From: Thermodesulfovibrionales bacterium
GTDB lineage: Bacteria; Nitrospirota; Thermodesulfovibrionia; Thermodesulfovibrionales; UBA6898
NCBI GenBank assembly: GCA_044450345.1
Contig: JBIOIY010000004.1
Span: forward strand, 32,001 to 96,000
DNA: 64,000 bases
Reading direction: 5' to 3'
Shown here: in pieces, positions 20,102-29,717 of the stretch
How positions within the stretch are numbered: position 1 is the stretch's first letter
Layout of the letters: each line of letters starts with the position of its first letter
Notes under the pieces: model-generated
Seen by the model: only the letters and a program-made list of their open reading frames with translations
What the model was told of the DNA's origin: nothing
Database searches by the model: none
Position numbers and translations under genes: made by a program

Positions 20102-21349
20102 TTAATGAACCTCTCCCCGTAGCTTTCGTATGCGCTCGACGATAGGCGGGTGCGAATAGTAGAACTTCGCATAGAGCGGATGCGGATGAAGGTTCGAGAG
20201 ATTGTCCTTCGAGAGCTTAATCAGGGATGTTGCGAGGCTCCCGGGGTCTCCCGTCAATTCAATTGCGAAACGGTCCGCTTCGTCTTCGTGCCTTCTTGAA
20301 AAGTAACTCGACAGCGGCGTAAAGGGGAAGGCGGCAATGCCGAAGAGAAATCCGATGATGATCAACTTTGCGAAGAAAGCTTCCCCCTGAAGATTGAACA
20401 TATCTGAAAGAACATCCGACCTGAGGATCAGAAAGGACAGATAGGCGCCTGCCAGGGACATGCATTCGAAGAGTACGATCCGTTTTAAGACGTGCTTCTT
20501 TTTCCAGTGTCCGGCTTCATGGGCAAGTACGGCGAGAATCTCGCTCTGCGCCATCATCTCCATCAGCGTATCGAACAGGACGATCCTTTTCACCCTTCCG
20601 ATCCCGGTGAAATAGGCGTTTGTGTGGCGGCTCCTTTTCGACGCGTCGATAGTGAAAACGCGGCTTACGCGGACCCCGACCTTCTGCATCATCTCCCTGA
20701 TCTTTTCTTCCAGTTCACCGCCTTCCAAAGGGGTGAACTTGTTGAAGAGCGGTTCGATGACGTAGGGGGATATATACATAAGGAATATGCTGAGGACGAA
20801 GAAAAACCCCCATACGAAAAGCCACCAGTACCCCGGGCTCTGCCGTACGATGGAAAGCCCGCCGAGCGATATGGTCCCGAGAATGACCGTCGACAGGAAG
20901 AGCGATTTGATCAGGTCGGCGACCCAGAGCTTCCAGGTCATGGTATTGAACCCGTATTTGTTTTCTATCCGGAACGTCGAGTAAAGGCTGAAGGGGATGG
21001 TGAGCAATGTATTGGCGAAGGTCAAAACAAGGAAAAATACAGCGCCTTTCATGACAAACGGCAGGCCAAGGGAACCGATCCAGCGGTTGTAGAGGCTTAG
21101 TACCCCTCCGTAAAGAAAAATTATTATGACTATATTGCCGAAGATGGACTCGATGAAAGAAAGCGAACTCGTCTCGATGGTGTATTCATGAGACTTCCTG
21201 AGCACCGACTCATCGATATATCCCTCGAACCCTTCCGGGACGAGCATGCCGTATTTTTTCATATAACTGAGGTTCAGGAATTTGAGCCAGTATTCGAACC
21301 CCTGGACAAAGAGATACGCGCACAATATGGCGAGCTGGTATTTTTGCAT
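20102..21349 (-). CDS. M48 family (Ste24-like) zinc metalloprotease
   Basis: NAYFTG, AVLAHEAGH (HExxH), HEDEADRFA, YYSHPP. Confidence 0.93.
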   Translation of the reverse strand: MQKYQLAILCAYLFVQGFEYWLKFLNLSYMKKYGMLVPEGFEGYIDESVLRKSHEYTIETSSLSFIESIFGNIVIIIFLYGGVLSLYNRWIGSLGLPFVMKGAVFFLVLTFANTLLTIPFSLYSTFRIENKYGFNTMTWKLWVADLIKSLFLSTVILGTISLGGLSIVRQSPGYWWLFVWGFFFVLSIFLMYISPYVIEPLFNKFTPLEGGELEEKIREMMQKVGVRVSRVFTIDASKRSRHTNAYFTGIGRVKRIVLFDTLMEMMAQSEILAVLAHEAGHWKKKHVLKRIVLFECMSLAGAYLSFLILRSDVLSDMFNLQGEAFFAKLIIIGFLFGIAAFPFTPLSSYFSRRHEDEADRFAIELTGDPGSLATSLIKLSKDNLSNLHPHPLYAKFYYSHPPIVERIRKLRGEVH

Positions 21350-21450
21350 TTTCCGCGACCTGAAGGAATAGTATAGCACTTGCCGGAGGGATATCCGAAA
21401 ATGGCCGTTTCATCGGTTATAATAGAAAATCACGTTGAAAGGAGTCTCAA

Positions 21451-21876
21451 ATGACCACAGTCAAAGAAGGAGATACCATCAGGATACATTTCGTAGGCAA
21501 ACTTGCCGACGGCACTGTTTTCGATACGTCGGAGGGCGGGGCCTCACTCGAAATAAAGGTAGGCAGTGGAGAATTTCTCCCGGGGCTCGAAAGGGGCGTC
21601 CTCGGCATGAGCGCCGGAGAAAAAAGGACGATACGGATTGCCGCGGGAGAAGGCTACCCATACCATAAGGAAAGGGTCTTCGAGTACGACCGGTCCAGGC
21701 TGCCCGAGGGCTTTATTCCGACAGTGGGCGGGCAGTTCCAGATGTTCCGCGCAGACGGACAGCCGGTAACGGTGACGATCAGCGGCTTGGGCGATAAGAC
21801 GGTCACGCTGGATTGCAACCAGCCCCTCGCCGGTAAGGACCTGGTGTTTGATATCACCCTCGAGGAGATCCTATAG
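21451..21876 (+). CDS. FKBP-type peptidyl-prolyl isomerase (SlyD/SlpA-like)
   Basis: GKLADGTVFDTS, LPGLE.G..GM, LDCNQPLAGKDLVF. Confidence 0.9.
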   Translation: MTTVKEGDTIRIHFVGKLADGTVFDTSEGGASLEIKVGSGEFLPGLERGVLGMSAGEKRTIRIAAGEGYPYHKERVFEYDRSRLPEGFIPTVGGQFQMFRADGQPVTVTISGLGDKTVTLDCNQPLAGKDLVFDITLEEIL

Positions 21877-21887
21877 AAGCTCCCTGA

Positions 21888-22925
21888 ATGGCAAAGAGAA
21901 TTAATCTAAAATCTCTCCCGAAGGACGGCCTCCATCTGTTTATTGAAGAGGCCGGTCTCCCCCGCTTCCGGGCGGGGCAACTCATCCACTGGATATATCA
22001 GAAGTATGTTTCAGATATCGCCGGCATCACCGAGTTTTCGAAGGAACTCAGGTCCACGCTGAGTGGTCTGTCATATATAAGCGACCTGCAACTTGCCGGG
22101 AGGCTGAAGTCTTCGGATGGCACGGAAAAGTTCCTCTTCTCCCTCGAAGACGGCGAAACGATCGAGAGCGTACTTATCCCTGATGACGCACGCCTGACGC
22201 TCTGCATATCATCTCAGGTCGGATGCGCGATGGGCTGCAAATTTTGCCTTACCGGGAAGCTAGGCCTGGTCAGAAGCCTGAGGGCCTTCGAGATCGTCGA
22301 CCAGGTGATCGCGGTGAACAGGCTTATCCTTCCCCGGAAGATTACGAATATTGTCTTGATGGGGATGGGAGAGCCGCTTGCGAACCTCGGTGAGGTTTCG
22401 GAGGCGCTCTGGCGGACCACCGAATATATCGGCATATCAAAGAGGAGGATAACCCTTTCGACAGCCGGACTTGTCCCGGGGATGGGGCTTCTCGCCGATA
22501 AGGCGCCCGAGGTGAATCTCGCGGTTTCGCTGAACGCCTCGACCGACCGGGTAAGGGACAAGATCATGCCGGTGAACAAGAGGTACCCGCTTAAGTCCCT
22601 CATCGAGGCCTGCAGGAGGTTCCCTCTCGGGCCGGGGAGGAGGATAACCTTCGAATATGTCCTGATAGGCGGTGTGAACGATTCTGTCGAAGACGCCCGG
22701 CGGCTTGTGGAACTTGTGAGGGGCCTTCGGTGCAAGGTAAACCTAATACCGCTGAACCCTCATGCGGGAAGCGCACTGAAGCGGCCGGCCGACACGACCG
22801 TGCTTGCGTTTCAGAAAGTACTTTCCAGCCACAGCCTTACCGCCCTTATAAGGGAGAGCAAGGGACAGGACATCCTTGCGGCCTGCGGACAGCTCAGGGC
22901 GGATTATCCGAAGAAGGGCAGTTGA
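21888..22925 (+). CDS. rlmN: 23S rRNA (A2503-C2) / tRNA methyltransferase
   Basis: CISSQVGCAMGCKFC, MGMGEPL, ITFEY, DILAACGQL. Confidence 0.96.
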   Translation: MAKRINLKSLPKDGLHLFIEEAGLPRFRAGQLIHWIYQKYVSDIAGITEFSKELRSTLSGLSYISDLQLAGRLKSSDGTEKFLFSLEDGETIESVLIPDDARLTLCISSQVGCAMGCKFCLTGKLGLVRSLRAFEIVDQVIAVNRLILPRKITNIVLMGMGEPLANLGEVSEALWRTTEYIGISKRRITLSTAGLVPGMGLLADKAPEVNLAVSLNASTDRVRDKIMPVNKRYPLKSLIEACRRFPLGPGRRITFEYVLIGGVNDSVEDARRLVELVRGLRCKVNLIPLNPHAGSALKRPADTTVLAFQKVLSSHSLTALIRESKGQDILAACGQLRADYPKKGS

Positions 22926-23024
22926 CCCGCCCTTTGGGGTGATTACTGAGAGAAGGTTGTCGTATATTTCTCTTTACTTGACGGACGGCCTTCTGATAGC
23001 TTAAAAAACAGTGACAATAAATTT

Positions 23025-23747
23025 ATGTGCCGGGAGGCAAATGGTTTGATAAGATCGAAGATTTTTCTTCTTGTAATTATTATCTGCCTTTCCGGGGCCT
23101 GCGCGACGACAGACAGGACGAACAAGGCGGAGGCGTACCATAAGCTCGGCATCGCATATCTCAATGAAAACAAGATCCAGCAGGCGTTCGTTGAATTCCA
23201 TAAGGCCTATGAACTCGATCCGCACAACAAGGAGATCCTCTTCGCAATAGGGACAGTCTATCTCCTTCACCTCGATGAGACGGACAAGGCCATCGAGTAT
23301 TTCGAAAAGGCTGTGAAGGAGGACCCGCTTTATTCGGAGGCATTCAACAGCCTCGGCTACGGCTTTGAAAAAAAAGGCGACTTCGAAAAGGCGATATCTT
23401 TTTACAGGAAGGCGCTTTCAAATCCGCTTTATCCGACCGCTGAAAAGGCATACATCAATATGGGCAATTCCTACTACCGGCTCGGCAACTTCGGTGCGGC
23501 CTTACAATCTTACAAGGAAGCGATAAAAAGGTCGCCGGGTCTTAGCCTTGCATACTGGAAGATCGCTCTTTGTCTTAACGCAATGGGCAGATACGGCGAC
23601 GCGTCGACTGCTGTTTCCGAGGCGGTAAAACTGGAGTACGGCGGCGACAGGGAAAAGGCGATCGAAGACCTCAGTCTCAGGAAGTTAAAGGCAAAAGGCA
23701 GTGAGGAGCGGGACATACAGGACTACATCGAGATCCTAAAGTACTGA
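23025..23747 (+). CDS. TPR lipoprotein (PilF/PilW-like); start approximate
   Basis: Lipobox LSGAC, TPR repeats, ALSNPLYPT; usual position after rlmN. Confidence 0.8.
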   Translation: MCREANGLIRSKIFLLVIIICLSGACATTDRTNKAEAYHKLGIAYLNENKIQQAFVEFHKAYELDPHNKEILFAIGTVYLLHLDETDKAIEYFEKAVKEDPLYSEAFNSLGYGFEKKGDFEKAISFYRKALSNPLYPTAEKAYINMGNSYYRLGNFGAALQSYKEAIKRSPGLSLAYWKIALCLNAMGRYGDASTAVSEAVKLEYGGDREKAIEDLSLRKLKAKGSEERDIQDYIEILKY

Positions 23748-23867
23748 CGGACCTGCCGCTGCTTCCCAGTCCAAGAATTATTTGCCTGTCCTTGATCTTC
23801 AGTGGTTGACATGCCCCCTTTTTGGATATATGATTTTTTTAAATTTAACCATCTGTAAGGAGGGAGT

Positions 23868-24830
23868 ATGAAAAAACTTGCATTTTTTCTCTTTGTTTTT
23901 ATTTCGGTATTTGTACTTCCCACGATGCTGTATGCGGAAATAAAAGAAGGAAGCTTCGAGGTCAACCCATACGTAGGGTATTATTTCCCATCAGGGGACA
24001 GGGCCGACAAGGGGGCTGCCGGCCTCCGTCTGGGATACAATTTTACAAAAAACTGGGGCTTGGAGGGCGTCTATGACCATCTTGCCTCGAAAGCGGAGCT
24101 ATACCATGCCAACGCCCTGTATCACATTATGCCGGATGGCGCTTTCAATCCCTTTGTTACCGCAGGCATAGGAGACGCCTTCATAAAAGACGGCACCCGT
24201 AACAAGTTTATGGGAGATGTGGGTATTGGCGTCAAGTATTCCTTTTCCGACAGAATTGCCGCCAGGTTCGATGTCAGAGAAGTCATGACGCAGTTCAGCT
24301 GTGTTCTGGCAACAGCGGGTGTTACTTTCACCTTCGGCGGAAAGACCCCGAAGGCGGTGCCTCCACCTCCACCACCTCCGCCACCACCTGCGCCTGAGGT
24401 AAAACCCACTCCGCCACCACCTGCGCCGGAGGAGAAACCCGCGCCTCCTCCTCCTGCACCTGCAAAAGAGGTGAAGATAATACTTGAGGACATCCATTTT
24501 GAATTCGACAAAGCGACGCTCACCGCTGCCGCCAGGGAAATCCTTGACAGCAATTTGAGCGTCATAAGGGATAATCCCGGCATTCGCGTCCAGATCGAAG
24601 GGCATGCCTGCCCGCATGGATCAGATAAATATAACATGGGTCTCAGCGAAAGAAGGGCGAATGCGGTGAAGGAATACCTCGTAAAGGCCGGAATCCAGGA
24701 AGAGAGGCTTACGACGATAGCCTATGGCAAGACAAGACCTCTTTGTGTCGAGGAGCCTACTCCTAAAAATAAAAACTCCGAGTGCATGAAATCTGACAGG
24801 AGAGTCCATTTCGAAGTCATCATGAAGTAA
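23868..24830 (+). CDS. OmpA family outer-membrane protein (beta-barrel, Pro linker, peptidoglycan-binding domain)
   Basis: Signal peptide, barrel strands, poly-Pro, IHFEFDK, YNMGLSERRA, RRVHF. Confidence 0.92.
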   Translation: MKKLAFFLFVFISVFVLPTMLYAEIKEGSFEVNPYVGYYFPSGDRADKGAAGLRLGYNFTKNWGLEGVYDHLASKAELYHANALYHIMPDGAFNPFVTAGIGDAFIKDGTRNKFMGDVGIGVKYSFSDRIAARFDVREVMTQFSCVLATAGVTFTFGGKTPKAVPPPPPPPPPPAPEVKPTPPPPAPEEKPAPPPPAPAKEVKIILEDIHFEFDKATLTAAAREILDSNLSVIRDNPGIRVQIEGHACPHGSDKYNMGLSERRANAVKEYLVKAGIQEERLTTIAYGKTRPLCVEEPTPKNKNSECMKSDRRVHFEVIMK

Positions 24831-24853
24831 AGATTAATAAAAGGCGGATAACA

Positions 24854-24896
24854 AGAAAGCCCCTGACTGCTTATACTGTCAGGGGCTTTCTCTTTG
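24854..24896. terminator. Bidirectional intrinsic terminator
   Basis: 14-bp stem agaaagcccctgac/gtcaggggctttct between convergent genes. Confidence 0.8.
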
Positions 24897-24917
24897 TGCT
24901 GCGTCCGAGATTCCCTC

Positions 24918-26096
24918 TTAAGGGTCTACCAGCATCGTAGAACCCGATATCGTTCCCAATGTCGCGGTGATTATGGTCGAGCCCTGCTTATGGTCGGCGG
25001 TGGCCAGACCCTTTGTTCCCGGCGCATTGCTTATGGTTGCGATCGAAGTGTCGGCGGAGCTCCAGGTCACAACTGTAGTAATATCCGCGCTGCTGCCGTC
25101 TGAATATAGCCCGGTAGCCGTGAACTGAACAGTGGCGCCGAAGTGAACCATCGGATTGACAGGGGTGACCTTTATCGATACGAGAGTGACGGCGGTAACC
25201 GTCATCGCTGTCTGACCGGTGATATTTCCGAACGTCGCTGTTATCGGGGTCGTACCTGCAGAAAGCGATGTCGCCAAGCCCCTGGACCCAGCTGCATTAC
25301 TGATCGAAGCTATGGCCGGGGCTGAGGAACTCCATGATACCACAGAAGTCAGGTCCTGAGTAGAGTTGTCCGAAAAAGTACCGGTTGCCTTGAATTGCTG
25401 GGTCATGCCTTTTACCACAGTCGGGTTTTTAGGAGTGACATCCAGCGAGACCAGCGAGGCGCCGGTAACCGTAAAAGAGGTGGAGCCGAAGATATCGCCG
25501 AACGTCGCTGTTATCGAGGTCGTACCCGCAGAAAGTGCCTGCGCCAACCCTTTAGAGGCTGCGTTATTGCCTATCGTTGCGACCGCTTGGTCCGAGGAAC
25601 TCCACGTTACCAGGGACGTCATGTCCTGAGTGGAGTCGTCCGTAAACGTACCGGTGGCCTTGAACGGCTGCGAGCCGCCGACCGCCGAGGTCGGGTTTGC
25701 AGGGGTGACCTCTATAGAGACCAGGGTAGCAGCGGTGACCGTAAGCGAGGTGGAACCCGAGACACTGCCAGAGGTTGCTGTTACTTTTGTGGTGCCTGCT
25801 GAAAGCGAGTGCGCCAATCCCTTTGTAGCAGCCTCATTGCTTATGGACGCTATTGCCTCGTCCGACAGACTCCACGTTACGGATTCAGTCATGTCCTGGG
25901 TCGTATTGTCCGAAAAGACGCCGGTGGCCTTAAACTGCTGGGCTGTCCCCAGCGCGATACTTGGGTCCACAGGACTCACCTCCAGAGACATAAGGACAGG
26001 AGGGCTGGGAGGGTTGTCTCCGCCCCCGCAGCCGCAGCCTGTCAGAAAAGCCGAAAGCAGTAGTGCAAAAAAGAGTAAGACGGCAGGTTTTTTCAT
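24918..26096 (-). CDS. Lipoprotein with four bacterial Ig-like (Big_2, Lig-like) repeats
   Basis: Lipobox FLTGC; four units of LVSI.VTP...QF.ATG.FSD...D.T..V.WSS. Confidence 0.88.
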   Translation of the reverse strand: MKKPAVLLFFALLLSAFLTGCGCGGGDNPPSPPVLMSLEVSPVDPSIALGTAQQFKATGVFSDNTTQDMTESVTWSLSDEAIASISNEAATKGLAHSLSAGTTKVTATSGSVSGSTSLTVTAATLVSIEVTPANPTSAVGGSQPFKATGTFTDDSTQDMTSLVTWSSSDQAVATIGNNAASKGLAQALSAGTTSITATFGDIFGSTSFTVTGASLVSLDVTPKNPTVVKGMTQQFKATGTFSDNSTQDLTSVVSWSSSAPAIASISNAAGSRGLATSLSAGTTPITATFGNITGQTAMTVTAVTLVSIKVTPVNPMVHFGATVQFTATGLYSDGSSADITTVVTWSSADTSIATISNAPGTKGLATADHKQGSTIITATLGTISGSTMLVDP

Positions 26097-26361
26097 TTTG
26101 TCTCCCTTTCCATTTATTTTTGTAGTATCAAAAATGACAGAAACGCAGCAGAAAAATGCCGCGTCCGGATGAAAAAGATCCGATTCAGACTAAAGCATAT
26201 GAGAAATTATGTCAACCCAATTATGAGAGGACGTATCCCTTCAGCCGTGGGTCAATTTTTTGGCATAGAGCTACCCGAATTGGGGTCACGAGGAGACGGC
26301 GGGACGTTGACAGAGAATCACATTGTCCTTATTATAATTGAAAATTTATGAGGGGGGGCAA

Positions 26362-27354
26362 ATGAAAAAATTCTTGCCTGGCTTTTTAATAACATTATTT
26401 CTGATTGCGTCGGCTGGTATCTCGTGGGCGGAAATAAGGGAGGGCAGCTTCGAAATCAATCCCTTTATGGGGTATTGTACGGGCGCCACGTCGCGGACCC
26501 TTTGTCATAGGGACTTCTTCGGCATTCGCGCGGGTTACGCGGTCACAAAGAACTGGGAAATAGAAGGAGCCTTTGATTTTGTCGATTCCGCAGCCGAAAT
26601 GTTTCATGCGGACGTGCTCTACAATTTCATGCCTGAAAAGAAATCTTTTCATCCTTTCCTCGTTGCGGGTCTGGGCGAGGCCCATGTGCGCCCGAGATTT
26701 AGTGAGTCCTATACGACCTTGATGGCTGACGTCGGGGCCGGCTTTAAATATTTTTTAAATGAGACCGTGGCGGTAAGGTCCGATTTCAGGGACGTTATAA
26801 CGCATTCCCATAACGCCGTCCTCACGGCAGGGCTTACCTTCGCGTTCGGGGGAAAGACACCAAAATCCGCAGTAGTGGCCCCGGCGCCGATCCCGGCCCC
26901 GACAACCGAAACCAAACCTGAACCGGCGCCTTCGCCTGCTCCCGCGCCCTCTCCAAAGCGCGAGCCTGCGGTCCCCGCTACCCCCTCGCCCGAGCCTCTT
27001 AGGATAATCCTGGAAGACGTGCATTTTGAGAATAACAAGGCGGCACTGACGCCTCTGGCAAAGGAGATCCTCGCGAAGAACATACAGCTTCTGAAAGAGA
27101 ACCCCGGGGTCAAGGTCGAAATCCAGGGGCACACCTCGGCGATCGGCAGCGCATTGTACAACATGAAACTCAGCTGGAAAAGGGCGGATATGGTGAAAGG
27201 CTATCTTGTGAAAGAGGGCATCTCCCCTGACAGAATGACGACAGTGGGATATGGAAAAACGCGGCTTGAGGTCCCGGAGTTGAACCCCAGGAAGAAGGAG
27301 TCGGAAGCTGCAAAGATAAACAGACGCGTACATTTTCAAATTATCGAAAAATAG
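26362..27354 (+). CDS. OmpA family outer-membrane protein, paralog of 23868-24830
   Basis: AEIREGSFEINP vs AEIKEGSFEVNP; FGGKTPK; IILEDVHFE; RRVHF. Confidence 0.9.
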   Translation: MKKFLPGFLITLFLIASAGISWAEIREGSFEINPFMGYCTGATSRTLCHRDFFGIRAGYAVTKNWEIEGAFDFVDSAAEMFHADVLYNFMPEKKSFHPFLVAGLGEAHVRPRFSESYTTLMADVGAGFKYFLNETVAVRSDFRDVITHSHNAVLTAGLTFAFGGKTPKSAVVAPAPIPAPTTETKPEPAPSPAPAPSPKREPAVPATPSPEPLRIILEDVHFENNKAALTPLAKEILAKNIQLLKENPGVKVEIQGHTSAIGSALYNMKLSWKRADMVKGYLVKEGISPDRMTTVGYGKTRLEVPELNPRKKESEAAKINRRVHFQIIEK

Positions 27355-27375
27355 TTTATAATTTAGTGAATGAAT

Positions 27376-27412
27376 CGAAAGCCCCCGGCGGAGATCAATC
27401 CGGGGGCTTTCG
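27376..27412 (+). terminator. Probable intrinsic terminator hairpin
   Basis: cgaaagcccccgg/ccgggggctttcg stem just after the OmpA stop. Confidence 0.65.
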
Positions 27413-27432
27413 CTATTCTGCGCTTTTGGATT

Positions 27433-29223
27433 ATGAGAAAACGTGCTTCCCTAATTGATGCATTGAAGTCCATCGCTCTACTGTCTGCGGTTATTGTTCT
27501 TTTTTCATGCGCCGCGGAGAGGGAACTTGTAATGCCTCCTCCTGTTCCCCCCCGGGCGACTCAGCCCCGGATGGCGGTACCGGAGCCTGCAGCGCCTGCG
27601 CCTAAGATGAAGACTTCCTTGCAATGCAGGGAGGACACAAAAAGAGTCTTTAATCGTTGCGGCATCGAGGCCCTTCCTTTCCTCAGGGCGACTTTCTACG
27701 ATATGGACGGCGACGGGGAAGAGGAGATGATAGTCGGCGGCAAGGAGGGGCACCTCAGGCTTTTTAAGAATTACGGCACTGAGACGGGTCCGGACTGGAG
27801 GGAAGTGGAAAATTATTTCAAAGGCATATCTGCCGGCGCCTTTTCTTCGCCCGCAGTCGGCGACATAGATAATGACGGAAAGCCGGAGGTGATAGTCGGG
27901 ACCGGCGGTTTTTCCTCGGACTCAGGCAGGGTCCTTATCTTCAGAAATATGGGGTCCCTCGCCGAGCCTGAATGGAAAAGGGTCGACGCGCCGGAGATAA
28001 GGGTAGGTAATGATGCGGCCCCGACCCTTCTCGACACAGATAATAACGGCCGGCCGGACATTGTCGTTGGCAATTCCGAGGGCAAACTCATTCTCTTCAG
28101 GAACGGTTCAAAAAACGGAAGGATAGTATTCACAAAAGATCGAAGTTTTTTTGGCGGGGTGCGTCTGGGGATGTATGCGGTGCCTGCAGCCGCCAGGTGG
28201 GGAGGCAAAGCCGTTATTATTGCAGGCAACGATATGGGGAAACTGTATCTCCTAGAAAAGACGAATGGAAAGAACGGCGTCTGGACACGGACCCTTCTGA
28301 AGATATCGACTCCCGGCTTTGCCTCGCCCGCTCTGATAAGGACGCAGGACGGGAAGGGCCACAACCTCATGGTCTCGGATGGTGACGGACAGATTTATTA
28401 TTACAAGAACAAAAGGGGCAACTACCGGGAATGGGAGACATCTTCCGGGCCCTTTGCCGGCCGGCTGTTTCCAGGCCCGGCATGCGCCCCGACAGTGGCG
28501 AATAACGGCATCGGAAGGGTCATCACGATAGGAAATATCCATGGTGAAATAAAGCTGTTTGTCCAGGACGCCTCGGGGGCGGAACTGCCGGTCGAAAGAC
28601 GTGACTTTTTCAGGGGCGTCAAGCTTTCCGGCTTTTCGAAGGGGGTTTTTGCCGAGTGGCAGGGACGCACGCTCCTTATCACAGGGCAGCAAGATGGCGC
28701 GGTCAGGGCATTTCTGAATTCGGGAAGTATCGATAGACCTGCGTGGGTCGAGCTAAAGGATTTCTTCAGGGGAATTCCGAAGATGATGCATGCTTCTCCG
28801 GCGGTATTCGATCTGGAGGGCGACGGGAAATGGGAACTGATCGTTGGTGATGTGAAGGGGCATGTCCGAGGCTTCCGCTATGAATCAGGGCCTGACGGGA
28901 TGCCGCAATGGGAGGAGATGAAGGGGATCTTTGATGAGGTGAAAGTCGGGGGCTATGCGGCCCCGTCGCTTTTCAGGGAGGGAGACAGGCTCTCTCTTCT
29001 TGTGGGCGAGCAGGATGGAAGGATACGCGTATTTGAGGCCGATACCGGCGGCAATATGCTTGCCGTGTTCCATAAGGACGGTTTTCTCGGGGACATCCGC
29101 GTAAAAAAACACAGCTCTCCTTCGGCCATATCAAGGGAAGGCCTCGTAGAGATAGCTGTCGGAGATTATGACGGCAACCTCAAGCACTATTCATGCAATA
29201 TGGTCTCAGTCGAGGTGAAGTAG
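27433..29223 (+). CDS. FG-GAP/VCBS repeat lipoprotein
   Basis: Lipobox VLFSC; repeated D.DGDG..E.IVG motifs. Confidence 0.82.
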   Translation: MRKRASLIDALKSIALLSAVIVLFSCAAERELVMPPPVPPRATQPRMAVPEPAAPAPKMKTSLQCREDTKRVFNRCGIEALPFLRATFYDMDGDGEEEMIVGGKEGHLRLFKNYGTETGPDWREVENYFKGISAGAFSSPAVGDIDNDGKPEVIVGTGGFSSDSGRVLIFRNMGSLAEPEWKRVDAPEIRVGNDAAPTLLDTDNNGRPDIVVGNSEGKLILFRNGSKNGRIVFTKDRSFFGGVRLGMYAVPAAARWGGKAVIIAGNDMGKLYLLEKTNGKNGVWTRTLLKISTPGFASPALIRTQDGKGHNLMVSDGDGQIYYYKNKRGNYREWETSSGPFAGRLFPGPACAPTVANNGIGRVITIGNIHGEIKLFVQDASGAELPVERRDFFRGVKLSGFSKGVFAEWQGRTLLITGQQDGAVRAFLNSGSIDRPAWVELKDFFRGIPKMMHASPAVFDLEGDGKWELIVGDVKGHVRGFRYESGPDGMPQWEEMKGIFDEVKVGGYAAPSLFREGDRLSLLVGEQDGRIRVFEADTGGNMLAVFHKDGFLGDIRVKKHSSPSAISREGLVEIAVGDYDGNLKHYSCNMVSVEVK

Positions 29224-29251
29224 ACTTAATCCACCCTCTGTGTCCCCCCTT

Positions 29252-29374
29252 CGGAAATCATAACTCCCCTTGACCCCCTCTTATCTTTTCACCTCAGCGA
29301 ATCCGCCTGAGTGCGGAAAGAGGGGGAGAGGCGCCCTGCCTGCCGGCAGGCAGGGCGCCTGGGGGCGTTATCTT
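29252..29374. repeat. Family A composite palindromic repeat, expanded form
   Basis: Near-identical inverted copy at 57568-57691; perfect 32-bp palindrome at 29329-29360. Confidence 0.9.
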
Positions 29375-29453
29375 CCGCTTTGCCGCAACGTTCTTCATCA
29401 GTGATATAATTATATATATTCTTAACTCTTGTATTATTAAATAGGGTGTGAAA

Positions 29454-29717
29454 GTGGAAAAAGATACTGAAATCATTCTCTATACGGCTCCTAACTGAAC
29501 CGACTGTCATGCACTGAAAGATTTTCTTTCGGCCAGAGGGGTTAAGTTCACCCACAAGGATGTCGGTACGGACAAATCCGCCCGGGAAGAGCTTATCGAA
29601 AGGCACGGCAGGATGGCCACCCCGACGCTCGTGATCGGCGACCGGGTTTTTTTGGGTTTCAGGCAGAACAGGCAAGAGATCGAAAAGATGGTAGACGAGA
29701 TCTTGAAAGGAAAATGA
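29454..29717 (+). CDS. Glutaredoxin-like selenoprotein (UxxC), not in ORF track
   Basis: GTG start; [11 protein letters not shown](29496-29498)[17 protein letters not shown]...[12 protein letters not shown] falls at the first Cys of CxxC; tRNA-Sec is in the window. Confidence 0.88.
29514..29532 (+). promoter_or_regulatory. Candidate bacterial SECIS hairpin
   Basis: ctgaaag-atttt-ctttcgg stem-loop beginning 15 nt after the in-frame TGA. Confidence 0.55.
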
